Sequence record: NC_047815.1
Strand: one strand, 5' to 3'
Length of the DNA stretch: 64,000 nt
The first letter of the stretch is position 1. Every line of letters starts with the position of its first letter. Positions 33,255 to 43,557 of the stretch are shown here, in pieces. Both the position numbers and the translations under genes were made by a program. The notes below the pieces were generated by a model. It was not told the DNA's origin. It ran no database searches and saw only the letters and a list, made by a program, of their open reading frames with translations.

Positions 33255-34238
33255 ATGAAACTCGGATTCGCCTGTAAACTTATTGACGAGAACGGCAAGC
33301 AACCATTCGCTAGTCGCAGCGTCAACTTTTCTCAATTGTCTAAGCTGTCTGAAACAGATCAGATTGCAAAGCTGATAGAGATTGCACAGCACAATGTTCA
33401 GGCCCTGTATGATATGATTGTTCATGTTGGTCGCTTGCGTCCTGATATGCGTATGTTCCGCATCACCAGTGGCTTGCTGCCGTTGTTTACTCATGAGCAC
33501 GTCCATCATCTGTATGTTGAGTACGTGAATGATCTGATTGCGCCTCAGCTTGCAGCGTGTGGTCGTGCCGCTCGTAGTCGTGACGTTCGTATCAGCTTTC
33601 ACCCAGGTCAGTTTACCGTGCTTGCCTCTCATCGTCCTGACGTGATTGAGAACAGCATCGAGGAACTTGAGTACCACACCTGGTGTGCAGTTCAGATGGG
33701 TTATGGTCGCAAGTTCCAAGACTTCAAGATCAATATTCATCTGTCAGGTAAACTTGGCGCATTCGAGTTTCGTCGTAGCTTCGGTCGTCTCAGCCGTGAG
33801 TGTCGTCGTATGCTCACAGTTGAAAACGACGAAGTGTCCTCAAGCATTGAAGAATGTTTGACGCTTGCGGACATCTGTCCTGTTGTTCTCGACATTCACC
33901 ATCATTGGGTTATGACCAACGAGTACATATCTAGTGGTGACAGTCGCGTTCAGCAGGTTATCGACTCTTGGCGCGGCGTTAGGCCGACGATGCATTTCAG
34001 TGTATCACGCCCAGAGTTTGTTCCTTCAGACACACTGCCAGACCAGAACAAGTTGAGCGTCAACAAGGTCAAGCTACGTGCTCACAGTGACTACTACCAC
34101 AACGAGGTAGTTAATGCATGGGCACTGTCATTTGACCAGTTCGATATTATGTGCGAGTCGAAAGCTAAGAATCTAGCGCGAACAGCGTTGCTTTTAAGGC
34201 AGCCGTACTCTGCAAATCATTGGTCAAAAAACAGCTAG
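33255..34238 (+). CDS. uvsE: UV-damage endonuclease
   Basis: LGFACK, FRITSGLLP, SFHPGQF, NIH, LTVENDE, VLDIHHH, HFS, AHSD, MCESKAK. Confidence 0.92.
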   Translation: MKLGFACKLIDENGKQPFASRSVNFSQLSKLSETDQIAKLIEIAQHNVQALYDMIVHVGRLRPDMRMFRITSGLLPLFTHEHVHHLYVEYVNDLIAPQLAACGRAARSRDVRISFHPGQFTVLASHRPDVIENSIEELEYHTWCAVQMGYGRKFQDFKINIHLSGKLGAFEFRRSFGRLSRECRRMLTVENDEVSSSIEECLTLADICPVVLDIHHHWVMTNEYISSGDSRVQQVIDSWRGVRPTMHFSVSRPEFVPSDTLPDQNKLSVNKVKLRAHSDYYHNEVVNAWALSFDQFDIMCESKAKNLARTALLLRQPYSANHWSKNS

Positions 34239-34264
34239 ATCTTGAGGTCGTAATACGATATACT
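34213..34264 (+). promoter_or_regulatory. box-type sigma70 promoter overlapping uvsE 3' end
   Basis: CAAATCATTGGTCAAAA 34213-29; TATACT 34259-64. Confidence 0.75.
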
Positions 34265-34316
34265 GTCTGTGCAGATGCTGTCTGTTTATTCTGTTAAACA
34301 AGCATAGAGGTATATC

Positions 34317-34607
34317 ATGTTCACTGCTCCGAGAGCTAACGCAACGAATAATATTGACCCGTCTGAGGTCAAGTTGCGTGTTGTGCCACCGTCACGCCGA
34401 CTCTACCGTCTCGGCTTGTACACGTTGGAACTGCCTCAGTCAGTAAAGCGTGCTGCACGTAGTTTAGGTATTGTCATGAGCATGGATGATTTTCGTGAAA
34501 CCTTTACAGGCGAACGTAACCACATCCTAACGCTTATTCAAAAACACTTAGCGCCTAACGACCCTGCCAAGCAGCGTGAGTTAGTGCGCCAAATGATCGA
34601 GGCGTAA
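34317..34607 (+). CDS. hypothetical protein
   Basis: GAGGT SD. Confidence 0.75.
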   Translation: MFTAPRANATNNIDPSEVKLRVVPPSRRLYRLGLYTLELPQSVKRAARSLGIVMSMDDFRETFTGERNHILTLIQKHLAPNDPAKQRELVRQMIEA

Positions 34608-34610
34608 CGT

Positions 34611-34811
34611 ATGAAGGTTCCCCCAATTGAGGCCACCAGCTTTTTTCTTGAACCACCGAGAGAAACTGAGTGTCGCCAAAAACACCAGGCCCAGGGGCCA
34701 AAAGAAACTGTAGCTGATTCCGCCAGTGATGTTGCAGGCAGTATCGTAACATTGTCGGCAGAACGGACTTCGGTTATATACACAAGTGACGGCACGTTAG
34801 TTCGATACTAA
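34611..34811 (+). CDS. small hypothetical protein
   Basis: GAGG SD. Confidence 0.6.
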   Translation: MKVPPIEATSFFLEPPRETECRQKHQAQGPKETVADSASDVAGSIVTLSAERTSVIYTSDGTLVRY

Positions 34812-34882
34812 CCTCTGCCGTCTTAAATGGAATTTGAACTACCACTAATAACATTAACTAACATTGTGGAAGGAATATTGAA

Positions 34883-35260
34883 ATGGTTGTCATCTGTAAC
34901 AGCGAACGAGATTTTAGTTTAAGCCGTCTTTTCCAGGGCGATGCTTTTGTCTTTGGTAAAAGTCACATGCTGGTTCGCGCAGACTATATTGCGCTTACTG
35001 ATAAAACTGGTTTGTTTTATATCGTCCGTCAGCAAGATATTGTGTGGCCAACAGTCATGACTGGTGCTACGCATGTTGTAAACATTTTGGCATTTGCCTC
35101 GGTTAGACAGTTAGAAGTAGCAGCGGCCTGTCCTCGTTTTGACGCTCGACGCACGGGTACTCTTGCTTTTCGTAACCTTAGCTTCGAACTCAGACTTGGT
35201 ACTTTACCTTTTGTCCGAACAATGTACGGAGAACAGAATGTCCAACTATCTTGTGCATAA
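34883..35260 (+). CDS. hypothetical protein
   Basis: AAGGA SD. Confidence 0.65.
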   Translation: MVVICNSERDFSLSRLFQGDAFVFGKSHMLVRADYIALTDKTGLFYIVRQQDIVWPTVMTGATHVVNILAFASVRQLEVAAACPRFDARRTGTLAFRNLSFELRLGTLPFVRTMYGEQNVQLSCA

Positions 35261-35474
35261 CGCACTTGTGCCATTTAAAGGGGATGCTTACAAAGGTCCT
35301 CTGTTACAAGAACTAGGCTACGGTGATAATGCCGTAGCTGATTTCCCCAGCATCAACGAAGCCGTAGAGTGCGCGGACAACTTACATGCTGTGAATGACA
35401 GCGGCTGGTTAGTTGTCCATTCATTTAATGAACGCGTGCTTTACGATAGCCGAGCGAAACAACGCGTCGGTTAA
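35238..35474 (+). CDS. small hypothetical protein
   Basis: GGAG SD before ATG 35238. Confidence 0.65.
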   Translation: MSNYLVHNALVPFKGDAYKGPLLQELGYGDNAVADFPSINEAVECADNLHAVNDSGWLVVHSFNERVLYDSRAKQRVG

Positions 35475-35541
35475 ACTTGTTTCTACTATTAATTGCTGCC
35501 GAGCTTGCGGGCTAGGCGTCTCCTCCACAAAGGAAAAACCA

Positions 35542-36051
35542 ATGACTATCAATGCAATCGTTACCGCTGCCTGTTTATCTCTGTTTGCCGCTTCTATTCA
35601 CGCAAACACCTCTGTTTCCAAACTGACTGACCTTAGCAACGAGATTGCTGCCGAGAACCTGAGTCTTCCTATCAACGTTGCGATGGACACGGACTGCAAG
35701 CAAAGCCTGCACAAGTTTCCAAAGCTGCGTGAATCAAACATCATGTTTGCCGTCAACAAGGACACTGTTGAGAGTTATCCAGCATGGCCTCTTATTTGCA
35801 GCTATGTAGCTGTCAGCGATGAGGTAGACGTGCGCGATTTAGGTAAAGGTGATCGTGAGATTGTTTTTAAACGTAAAACAGAACAGCAACCGTTCCTGAC
35901 GATTGTGTTGCAGCAAATCACGGACGATGAGCAAGATGGTTACGACTATCAGCTTACAACAATGAACAACCAGTATGCGATGAAGTATGAACATCAAAAA
36001 CTGGTAATGAATCTTATGCTGAAAAACTACCATCACGTTGTTGGTCTTTAA
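35542..36051 (+). CDS. putative exported protein
   Basis: AAGGA SD; MTINAIVTAACLSLFAASIHA signal-peptide-like. Confidence 0.7.
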   Translation: MTINAIVTAACLSLFAASIHANTSVSKLTDLSNEIAAENLSLPINVAMDTDCKQSLHKFPKLRESNIMFAVNKDTVESYPAWPLICSYVAVSDEVDVRDLGKGDREIVFKRKTEQQPFLTIVLQQITDDEQDGYDYQLTTMNNQYAMKYEHQKLVMNLMLKNYHHVVGL

Positions 36052-36062
36052 GGAGACGCCTC

Positions 36063-36971
36063 ATGTACAATCTCAATCTTGTAGCAATCAATGCAGCCTT
36101 CGCTGAACGTGCGCGTCTTGAGCGTCATATTCTAAGCACTGCCAGCTTTCTCAAAGCGCGTGGTACAGTAGCTACTACAATCTCTTGGTCTTACTGCGTC
36201 AATCATCTTGAGCAACCGCTGCCTGCCGAAGAAGTGCTTATTCGTCTGCGTAAACATGTTGGCGCAAGCACTCAACCTAAAACAACTACGCCTCGTGTGT
36301 TCTTGCATGAGATACGCGACTGCGAATCAATTGGCCATCGTACTTTGCATGAACGTTTTCTGCGTAGCTTGCTGGTAAACTCCTTGCGTCGTATGACTCC
36401 TTCAAACGATTATGTTGGTTTGATTGTTGACATGGAACTAGACATAGTTTGGTTTGCTAACTGTGTGCCTAACGGTGATGCGCATGAAATTCAAATCAAA
36501 GCAATCGCGTGTCCTCACGTTGAACCTGATTGGCGTCTTGATGATTTTGTACGCCGCGAGGTTCATCTGTACGAACACGACATGTATGGCGATCACGGTC
36601 GCATGAGTCTGAGTCAGTTTTTGGACTTCAATGAGCTTAACGACCTTACATACAATGAACTGCGTGAATACGCTTATCGTAAAGGCATCTATGCCAGCCT
36701 TGATGAGTGGCTCACGCTTGAACAGGATGACCTGTATCTGCGACTGTATGACCAGACTGTGCAGTATAAACCTCGTTTGCTTATGTCGCAAGCCGATCGT
36801 TTGGAACTACTGCGCCATCGTGTCGCTTTGCACCAAGTTGAACCTGCCGAGGCATTCTACTGGATGCAGATACTCGGTATCCCTTATGCGGAAGCGTTGT
36901 CTAACAGCAAACTTTCCATGTACAACAGTCTGTTAGTTTCAGACCTCAATCAAGTGCTAGACGATGAGTAA
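36063..36971 (+). CDS. hypothetical protein
   Basis: TAAGGAG SD. Confidence 0.8.
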   Translation: MYNLNLVAINAAFAERARLERHILSTASFLKARGTVATTISWSYCVNHLEQPLPAEEVLIRLRKHVGASTQPKTTTPRVFLHEIRDCESIGHRTLHERFLRSLLVNSLRRMTPSNDYVGLIVDMELDIVWFANCVPNGDAHEIQIKAIACPHVEPDWRLDDFVRREVHLYEHDMYGDHGRMSLSQFLDFNELNDLTYNELREYAYRKGIYASLDEWLTLEQDDLYLRLYDQTVQYKPRLLMSQADRLELLRHRVALHQVEPAEAFYWMQILGIPYAEALSNSKLSMYNSLLVSDLNQVLDDE

Positions 36972-37317
36972 GCTACCACCAGCTAGAACATTACAGCGGT
37001 CTGTAGGTCAAAAGAAGGCCGCTAATAAAACCAAAGTCGTATACGTTGAAGATCTGCGTGACTTTGATGCTATGATTACCACGCTGCGTCTCGCACTGGT
37101 TAACGAACCAAAGATGAGCAACAAACGTTTTGCTCAAATCGTTAAGCAGATGATCAACGGTGGTCAGTACGGAACAAGTAAGGAAGTTCTTGAGACATTG
37201 GGCATTCTGTATCTTGCTCGCAACCCACTCAAGTATTTCCATTCCCTTAACGAGATAGCGTTACGCGAAGATGCTAACGCCAAGGAAGTGGTGATAGAAA
37301 ATGATGACGAAGAATAA
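36964..37317 (+). CDS. hypothetical protein
   Basis: ORF in packed run. Confidence 0.7.
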   Translation: MSKLPPARTLQRSVGQKKAANKTKVVYVEDLRDFDAMITTLRLALVNEPKMSNKRFAQIVKQMINGGQYGTSKEVLETLGILYLARNPLKYFHSLNEIALREDANAKEVVIENDDEE

Positions 37318-38317
37318 AGATAAAGTAGTGGCTACTGGTGAGTCTAAAAAAGAGATAGCACAAACAATCTCTGGCTTGATTGCAGAGGACGATCATTACC
37401 GCAATCTTCGTGCAAAGATTCGTGCTGTGCTTGCGCCTTTATTGCTTCGTGATTCTTGCGCTCCGAAATATTCAGCTATGTCCTTGCTAGCTGCTCTGCA
37501 TAGGCTGTCTGATTGTTCCAGCCAGTGCAGTCTTGCTCGACACAGCATACGTTTTATTGACGGTCAAGAGCCTAAGACTGAGGCCATTAAACCTCTTGGT
37601 AGCTTGCTTAGACTTACAGAAGACGACGCCCTCTTGATTATTAATAATGTTGTGCGTTTGCGTGGTCCTCGTGTTAATCGTGTTTTGCGTAGCTATGTTG
37701 ATTTGAACATCAACGAAATTCTGCCTAATTGGCAGCGCAGCGAAACAGCGATACGTAACGGCGCGTTCAATCAGCATGTTGAGTCCGCTAACATGACGAA
37801 TGCGGATATTGTTGATCGTACATTCATCCACAACAGTTCGCAACTTGCAGAAGCATTCGCACATTCTTTCTTGTCACATGTTATTCTCCACGGCATGAAT
37901 AACATTGGCAGTAAGCTTGGTGAGAACGGTTTGCTTGGTTGGACAAGCGTGTGTCTTGTTGTTGCTGTGCTTGACGCTGATAATAAGTGGGAATTCTGCT
38001 GTGTTGACTTGGCTCGCGGTCGTACCGTTCCTGTTATCCTTAATCGTTCTGTTGATCTACCTTCTGCGAAAGGTATTCGTAGTAGCAACGATCATTCAAA
38101 ACATCGCATTGAACTCAAAAGCAATACTGAACGATTTTCAGTAATGTTTGATCTCATGCCTGAATCATTTACTGGCCAGTTGTTTGATAGCTTTATTAAT
38201 CATCGTATGTTGCTGGGTGCGTATGGAATGAATGCCCATCGTGAAATCAACAATCCCAATTCTCGTGAGTTTGCAGAACTAGCCGCTGCTATGTATGAGA
38301 TAATGGAACATGACTAA
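37301..38317 (+). CDS. hypothetical protein
   Basis: ORF in packed run. Confidence 0.75.
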   Translation: MMTKNKDKVVATGESKKEIAQTISGLIAEDDHYRNLRAKIRAVLAPLLLRDSCAPKYSAMSLLAALHRLSDCSSQCSLARHSIRFIDGQEPKTEAIKPLGSLLRLTEDDALLIINNVVRLRGPRVNRVLRSYVDLNINEILPNWQRSETAIRNGAFNQHVESANMTNADIVDRTFIHNSSQLAEAFAHSFLSHVILHGMNNIGSKLGENGLLGWTSVCLVVAVLDADNKWEFCCVDLARGRTVPVILNRSVDLPSAKGIRSSNDHSKHRIELKSNTERFSVMFDLMPESFTGQLFDSFINHRMLLGAYGMNAHREINNPNSREFAELAAAMYEIMEHD

Positions 38318-38954
38318 ACTCAACGAGCAGGGCATACAGCGTCTCAAGGAAATGATAGACCAGCTACGCACTAAAACCGCTGGAGCAAAAACGTTGTATG
38401 ACACGGTAGACTTGGGCTTTGCTCGTCCAAGTGTGACCGTATTCGAAATTGTTCAAGGCAGCTACTGCCTAGACCTGATGCTGAGTGAATCAGCATTGTG
38501 TGCGATAGACGAAACACTGGTACCCGAACTACTGGACCTTGCCGCAGATTGCAGCGTTGGTCTTTTTCTTACGTGTGCTGCCGAACTTGCTGAGCGTGCT
38601 CGTGCTCTCCACAAGCATATCTTTATGGCTCGTAGCTACCACACGTTTGCCTATCTTCACGGTGCAGGGTTGTTATACACAGTTGTTATCTTCTCGGATA
38701 AAGGACGGTATCTGAGTGCTATGTCGCTTTTCGGACAAGTCGAAGGTCCTGCTCAATATGTTGAAGGCTGGAACATACCAGCTCCCAAATCTCTTGCAGA
38801 GATAGACCAAACCTCACCAGAAGAAATAGCAAAACGTTTCAAGATAAGACGCGATGATGTGATCAGCGTGACAGGCGATGCAGACACTGTGACCATCAAG
38901 CTGGCACGACAGGCACTGACGAAACGAGCAAAATTCTGGTCAAAACAGCGTTAG
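38310..38954 (+). CDS. hypothetical protein
   Basis: ORF in packed run. Confidence 0.75.
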   Translation: MTKLNEQGIQRLKEMIDQLRTKTAGAKTLYDTVDLGFARPSVTVFEIVQGSYCLDLMLSESALCAIDETLVPELLDLAADCSVGLFLTCAAELAERARALHKHIFMARSYHTFAYLHGAGLLYTVVIFSDKGRYLSAMSLFGQVEGPAQYVEGWNIPAPKSLAEIDQTSPEEIAKRFKIRRDDVISVTGDADTVTIKLARQALTKRAKFWSKQR

Positions 38955-38980
38955 TATTGCGTGGTACTATGTGATACTAT
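38929..38980 (+). promoter_or_regulatory. box-type sigma70 promoter overlapping a gene 3' end
   Basis: CAAAATTCTGGTCAAAA 38929-45; TGn-TACTAT 38975-80. Confidence 0.75.
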
Positions 38981-39063
38981 ATCTGTGCAGCGCAAGCTGC
39001 TACTACACTATAGTCCTCGATGACTATCACGCGAAAGCGTTTATTAATAAGGATAATATTTCA

Positions 39064-39363
39064 ATGGCAATTTCACGCAAGAAAGCTGTAGACACAATGG
39101 CAAAGGTTTACGGTTCTAACCACGCTCGTTATCAACTTATGTTGATGAAGGAAGATATGACTGCGAATGACTTGTTCAAGTTTCGTGAACATGTTATCAC
39201 TGAAATCCAGCGTGGCGAGAACCCTCTGACCGCAATTGACAACATGGTAGAGACTGCAATTCGTACAACTCTGTTAGAGCGCCGTATGAGCAACGCGTAT
39301 AACCCGCAGCTCCGCGATGTGCTGACCGATGAAATCCGTGCTGAATTACAGAAACTCAACTGA
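39064..39363 (+). CDS. hypothetical protein
   Basis: TAAGGA SD before ATG 39064. Confidence 0.75.
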   Translation: MAISRKKAVDTMAKVYGSNHARYQLMLMKEDMTANDLFKFREHVITEIQRGENPLTAIDNMVETAIRTTLLERRMSNAYNPQLRDVLTDEIRAELQKLN

Positions 39364-39376
39364 GAAGGAACTCACT

Positions 39377-39895
39377 GTGAAAAAGTCAACTAAGAAAATT
39401 TTGTGTGCAATCGGTGCTGGCGTTGTAACGGCAGGTGCTGTAGTAGGTGCTGTAGTTCTATTGGGCAGAAGTGATAATACGCATCATGCGTCGGTCATCA
39501 CTCACGGTCTGAAAGAGCTGGGCAAAGCAGTTGGTGGCGATAGTATGTTAGCGGGCGTTGCTGTAGTTGCAGCCACTCCTGTTGCTGCGATGGCTACTGG
39601 TTATGGTGCAGGTCAACTTGCGTTTGGTGATGATGAACCTCAAACAATCATCAAGTATGTTGAGCGTAATCCTGAACCGACCGCTGCTGAACGTGCTGAG
39701 GCCGCTCGTCGTGTCTACGAGGCAACTCGTTACGCGTATGAGAATGATAACATCGCTGCATATGATCGTTGGGAAGAGGAGCAACGTCGCCGCAGTGCGA
39801 TGCATCCTTGGAACACGTCAAGCAATGTTATTCCTCTTACTAAAGTTTCTGCTGAGTATTTTCTGTCTCAGGATGAGCTTGATGAAGCTATCTAG
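39377..39895 (+). CDS. Gly/Ala-rich membrane protein
   Basis: AAGGA SD, GTG start; two hydrophobic G/A/V-rich helices. Confidence 0.7.
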   Translation: MKKSTKKILCAIGAGVVTAGAVVGAVVLLGRSDNTHHASVITHGLKELGKAVGGDSMLAGVAVVAATPVAAMATGYGAGQLAFGDDEPQTIIKYVERNPEPTAAERAEAARRVYEATRYAYENDNIAAYDRWEEEQRRRSAMHPWNTSSNVIPLTKVSAEYFLSQDELDEAI

Positions 39896-39955
39896 TTTGT
39901 ATCATTTACGCGCTGTCTTGAGGGGCAGCGCATTTTAAGATCTAAGGAGAGTAAC

Positions 39956-40558
39956 TTGAACGATTCTAAGGACTACATTATGGACCACACAGCCTTGTAT
40001 GTTTTGACTCATGTTCGCGCAATTGTCCAGCTCCGCAAACTGAACATGATGCCTGCCGAAGAAGTATGGCGTCAGGTGTACATGACGCAAATGAAAGCGC
40101 GTGATGTTATCGACAACCCGCTCAACACCCTTGCAGTGCCTGCAGGTACGCGTGCGCTTGTTAGCGAACTGCATCAAGCCCTGTTTCCTGTTGGTGATAA
40201 ACTGACGTGGGAACAACGCGTGATGATGATCGAAGTCTACATCCGCGAAGAGATTGAACGCTGCGTAGGCGCTAAGTTCATCTGGCCTCACATGTACGAC
40301 GAAGAAGCATTGAAGTTACTTGGCTTTAACGAGACAAACATCGAGGGTTTCTATCAGGTGCCTTACTATATGATAGATCACTTGTCGCGTGACAGTCTGT
40401 TGTTCTTTATGGATGGCAACTTCACTACTACGATTGAACGTAGTGAACCTCTGCAAGGATACGGTCCTGATCAGAGTGGCATGTTGCCACTAGGTATGTA
40501 TGCATTGGGTGCTATGCCTGACGCTCACAAACATCATTTCTTTTTGGAGACAAACTAA
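39956..40558 (+). CDS. hypothetical protein
   Basis: TAAGGAG SD, TTG start. Confidence 0.7.
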   Translation: MNDSKDYIMDHTALYVLTHVRAIVQLRKLNMMPAEEVWRQVYMTQMKARDVIDNPLNTLAVPAGTRALVSELHQALFPVGDKLTWEQRVMMIEVYIREEIERCVGAKFIWPHMYDEEALKLLGFNETNIEGFYQVPYYMIDHLSRDSLLFFMDGNFTTTIERSEPLQGYGPDQSGMLPLGMYALGAMPDAHKHHFFLETN

Positions 40559-40995
40559 TGGGCGTAGTTAATGGTATTGACGCACACAACTTCCCAACGC
40601 AAAGCCGTGACGTTGGCGTTAAGAGCTTGTTAGAAACACCTCATGGTAAATATCCTGCTGTAGCTGTTCGTCGTGACCGGGAAGAACCGAACGACGTTAT
40701 CTGGCGCATCGACGGTGAACTGCTGCCTATCGATATGCAGTTCGGCTCTGCGCAGCACGCCTACATTTCTCAGCGCAGTCTGGACAGTTATCCGAATGAA
40801 CCGTTCATTCGTGCTCGCGGTAAATTTTGCATGGAAGGCAAAACAACTGCCATCTGCTTCCGTTACAACACTAAAGAATCATGCGAAGGCATTTGCGTAT
40901 ATGATCGTGGACCATTCACTGTGTTCCTGATTACCACAGGTCCACACGAAGGTCGCTACGTCAGCGCACACGAATGTCAGTACAGTCACTGCTGA
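40558..40995 (+). CDS. hypothetical protein
   Basis: TAATG overlap; GGAG SD. Confidence 0.75.
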   Translation: MGVVNGIDAHNFPTQSRDVGVKSLLETPHGKYPAVAVRRDREEPNDVIWRIDGELLPIDMQFGSAQHAYISQRSLDSYPNEPFIRARGKFCMEGKTTAICFRYNTKESCEGICVYDRGPFTVFLITTGPHEGRYVSAHECQYSHC

Positions 40996-41019
40996 TTCTG
41001 TAAAGACAAGAGGTCAACA

Positions 41020-41199
41020 ATGAAATACCAAATTCTGGTGATCACCAGCCGAAACAATAACAATGTCGGAGGTGTTGGCGTTTCTCAAGCAGTTGTCGAA
41101 TTTGACGCACGCGGCGATGCTGATGTAGCTTTCGATAAAATCGAGCTTGCAGCTAAAAGTGATAGTCACCATGAAATCAAACCAATCAAATTGTATTAA
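41020..41199 (+). CDS. 59-aa small protein missed by ORF track (MKYQILVITSRNNNNVGG...)
   Basis: GAGGT SD; fills gap before dUTPase; ATTCTGTAAA box at 40995. Confidence 0.7.
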   Translation: MKYQILVITSRNNNNVGGVGVSQAVVEFDARGDADVAFDKIELAAKSDSHHEIKPIKLY

Positions 41200-41207
41200 G
41201 GACCATC

Positions 41208-41699
41208 ATGTTCATTCAGATTAAACCTCACGTCGCTAACTTCATCGCACCTAAACGCGGTTCCGCGCAGGCTGCTGGTCTGGATATCTTTGCTCAAGAA
41301 GATATGACTATCACAGAAGAAACTCAGATGATTGATCTGGGCTTTCGTGCTGCTGTGCCTGAAGGCTATTGTGCTGTTCTGTTACCTCGCAGTGGTAGCG
41401 GTGCTAAGTACAACATGCAACTGTCTAACACGCTGGGTCTGATTGATAGCGACTATCGTGGTCCATGGATGGCGGCCATTCACTTGGGAGGTAAAGGCAC
41501 TAAAGCAAATGATATTGATCATTGGACTGGTGAGTCATATCGCAAGAGCCTTGAGTTCAAGCGTGGTGAAGCAATTGGTCAGATGATCTTTATCGAAGTG
41601 CCTCTGTTTGATGTTGTGGTCTGTGAGGCAACAGAGCTACCTAGCACATTACGCGGTGAAGGTGGTTTCGGCAGCACGGACAAGCAGCCTAGCGAGTAA
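41208..41699 (+). CDS. dut: trimeric dUTPase
   Basis: AGLDI, PRSG, GLIDSDYRG, GQMIF, RGEGGFGST. Confidence 0.95.
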   Translation: MFIQIKPHVANFIAPKRGSAQAAGLDIFAQEDMTITEETQMIDLGFRAAVPEGYCAVLLPRSGSGAKYNMQLSNTLGLIDSDYRGPWMAAIHLGGKGTKANDIDHWTGESYRKSLEFKRGEAIGQMIFIEVPLFDVVVCEATELPSTLRGEGGFGSTDKQPSE

Positions 41700-41784
41700 T
41701 CTGATTATGGGCCTTGCGTGGGCCCATGTTCTATTCAACACTAATTTCACCAAGTGGGGTGAATATGATTATTGAGATACCGTT

Positions 41785-42096
41785 ATGGCAAGAAAGTATT
41801 TACTCCGCTCAGAGCGACCAACAACTCTGCCTAATCTCAGAGCGTACTTGTTGTATTGCGCAAGGACTCCAAACAAGCACAAAGAAGTGTTCCGACATTA
41901 CTACGAACGAAGCAAGACAGAACTACATCGTCAGCGTTTCTTCTTAGGGAACCTGTTCGGCTTTAAGGTTAAGTCCAAAAAGGGCGCAGTCCGTTATACA
42001 GTGATTTGGATTGATCCGTATAACTATGACTGTCTAGTATTAGATCATGTGGAGAAGAAGCCTAAATACAAAAACCTTTACGGCCTGATTCTTTAA
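41785..42096 (+). CDS. basic hypothetical protein
   Basis: ORF in packed run. Confidence 0.65.
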   Translation: MARKYLLRSERPTTLPNLRAYLLYCARTPNKHKEVFRHYYERSKTELHRQRFFLGNLFGFKVKSKKGAVRYTVIWIDPYNYDCLVLDHVEKKPKYKNLYGLIL

Positions 42097-42135
42097 TTAG
42101 GTCCTAGCGCCGAATTCACTAGGAGAAACTAACTG

Positions 42136-42807
42136 ATGGTAACTGTTTTAAACAATCGCACTGATGAGGTAATGAGACGCCTGAATGTCTTTATATGGTC
42201 ACTGGTCGTAACGCTGTGTATTCTCTACAGCGCCATAATCAGCTTTCAGGCACAAGCCAGTTTATCGACTGAGCCCGACAACACTATACACATGCAAAAC
42301 ATCGTTTCTCTTGATCCTGAGAATCGTGTTGCCCTAAAATACTTAGAAGACTTGGAGCGAAGACGAGAACATCAAAAACTCTTGGCAGCGTCTACCAGTC
42401 ATAAAAGACTTAATGCTATTTATTCACATTTACCGCGGCCCAAAGACCTTGGCCTCGAATTTGATCGCGCTGCAAAGAAATACAACGTTAGCGCAAGATT
42501 GCTGCTGTCAATGTGTGTCACTGAATCTCACCTAGGCGTCAAGAAAAGAAACCGAAGTGGGGCAACAGGCATTTGTCAGATCATCCCGTCACAGCACGGC
42601 ACGACAGCTAGAGCCATGCTGGACTACAGAAAGAACATCGATATGGCTGCTAGCATTCTAGCAGATTACGCACAGCAATGTGGTGGGCAGTGGTGTGCCG
42701 TTCAGGCATACAATGTTGGTATTGGAGCATACAAGAAGGGCATTCGTGCCCGAGCATACTTAGCCAAAGTCAAGCGTGAATATAACAAACGAATCAGTGC
42801 AACCTGA
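42136..42807 (+). CDS. SLT-domain lytic transglycosylase with N-terminal hydrophobic segment
   Basis: MCVTES (catalytic Glu), GATGICQI, NIDMAASIL, AVQAYNVG. Confidence 0.85.
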   Translation: MVTVLNNRTDEVMRRLNVFIWSLVVTLCILYSAIISFQAQASLSTEPDNTIHMQNIVSLDPENRVALKYLEDLERRREHQKLLAASTSHKRLNAIYSHLPRPKDLGLEFDRAAKKYNVSARLLLSMCVTESHLGVKKRNRSGATGICQIIPSQHGTTARAMLDYRKNIDMAASILADYAQQCGGQWCAVQAYNVGIGAYKKGIRARAYLAKVKREYNKRISAT

Positions 42808-42817
42808 GGAATAATGA

Positions 42818-43546
42818 ATGAAAATCAATCTTGAAGATCTGTATACTGTACAGTGTGAACTCCTGAAACCTTTTTCACCTTCTCAGGAATTTGCACTAAT
42901 CAATCTGCTGTTGGAAAACGTTGACGACAACGAGCTTGAAAAGTTTGGTCACAACGTTGTTCATGCTTACCCTCACTTGGACCGTCTGTACAGCGGCTTT
43001 GTGAATGCAAGTCAGAACGTAAGCAACGTCGTACCATTTGCCGTGCCTGTTACAGACAGCGACCACGCAATGGAAGATTTGCTTCACGACAGCGAAGGTC
43101 AGTTGTCACTTGCTCCAGATTTGATTGCCATTCTCGATCAGGCATTCGAACGTATTCCAGAGCGCGAAGTTCATGTTGACGAACTCAACTTTCCTGTTGA
43201 GCGTACAGAACTTGCTGTTGGTCATATCGCACAGGCTGCTATGTCAGCACTGCGTAGTGGACTTGCGCCGATTGTTGTGCGTGCGTCAAAAGACCAACGT
43301 GCTAATCGAATTGATCGCTTGCTTACATTCAAAGCACTTGGAAGTGTGTTCAATACCGACGTGCGCGAACAGATTCCTGAATCTCGTTGGCAGCGTCCGC
43401 AGAGTATGTGGCAGCGTGCGCATATCGATCAGATTGTTAGTCGTATGTCTGCCCGCCAGCCAGAAGCTGATTACACAATCACTATGGCTCGGCAGCCAGG
43501 TAAAGCGTCGATGGTAAACATGCTCAAGGCGCGTGCTACAAACTAA
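42818..43546 (+). CDS. hypothetical protein
   Basis: GAGG SD. Confidence 0.75.
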   Translation: MKINLEDLYTVQCELLKPFSPSQEFALINLLLENVDDNELEKFGHNVVHAYPHLDRLYSGFVNASQNVSNVVPFAVPVTDSDHAMEDLLHDSEGQLSLAPDLIAILDQAFERIPEREVHVDELNFPVERTELAVGHIAQAAMSALRSGLAPIVVRASKDQRANRIDRLLTFKALGSVFNTDVREQIPESRWQRPQSMWQRAHIDQIVSRMSARQPEADYTITMARQPGKASMVNMLKARATN

Positions 43547-43557
43547 ACTATCCAGCG

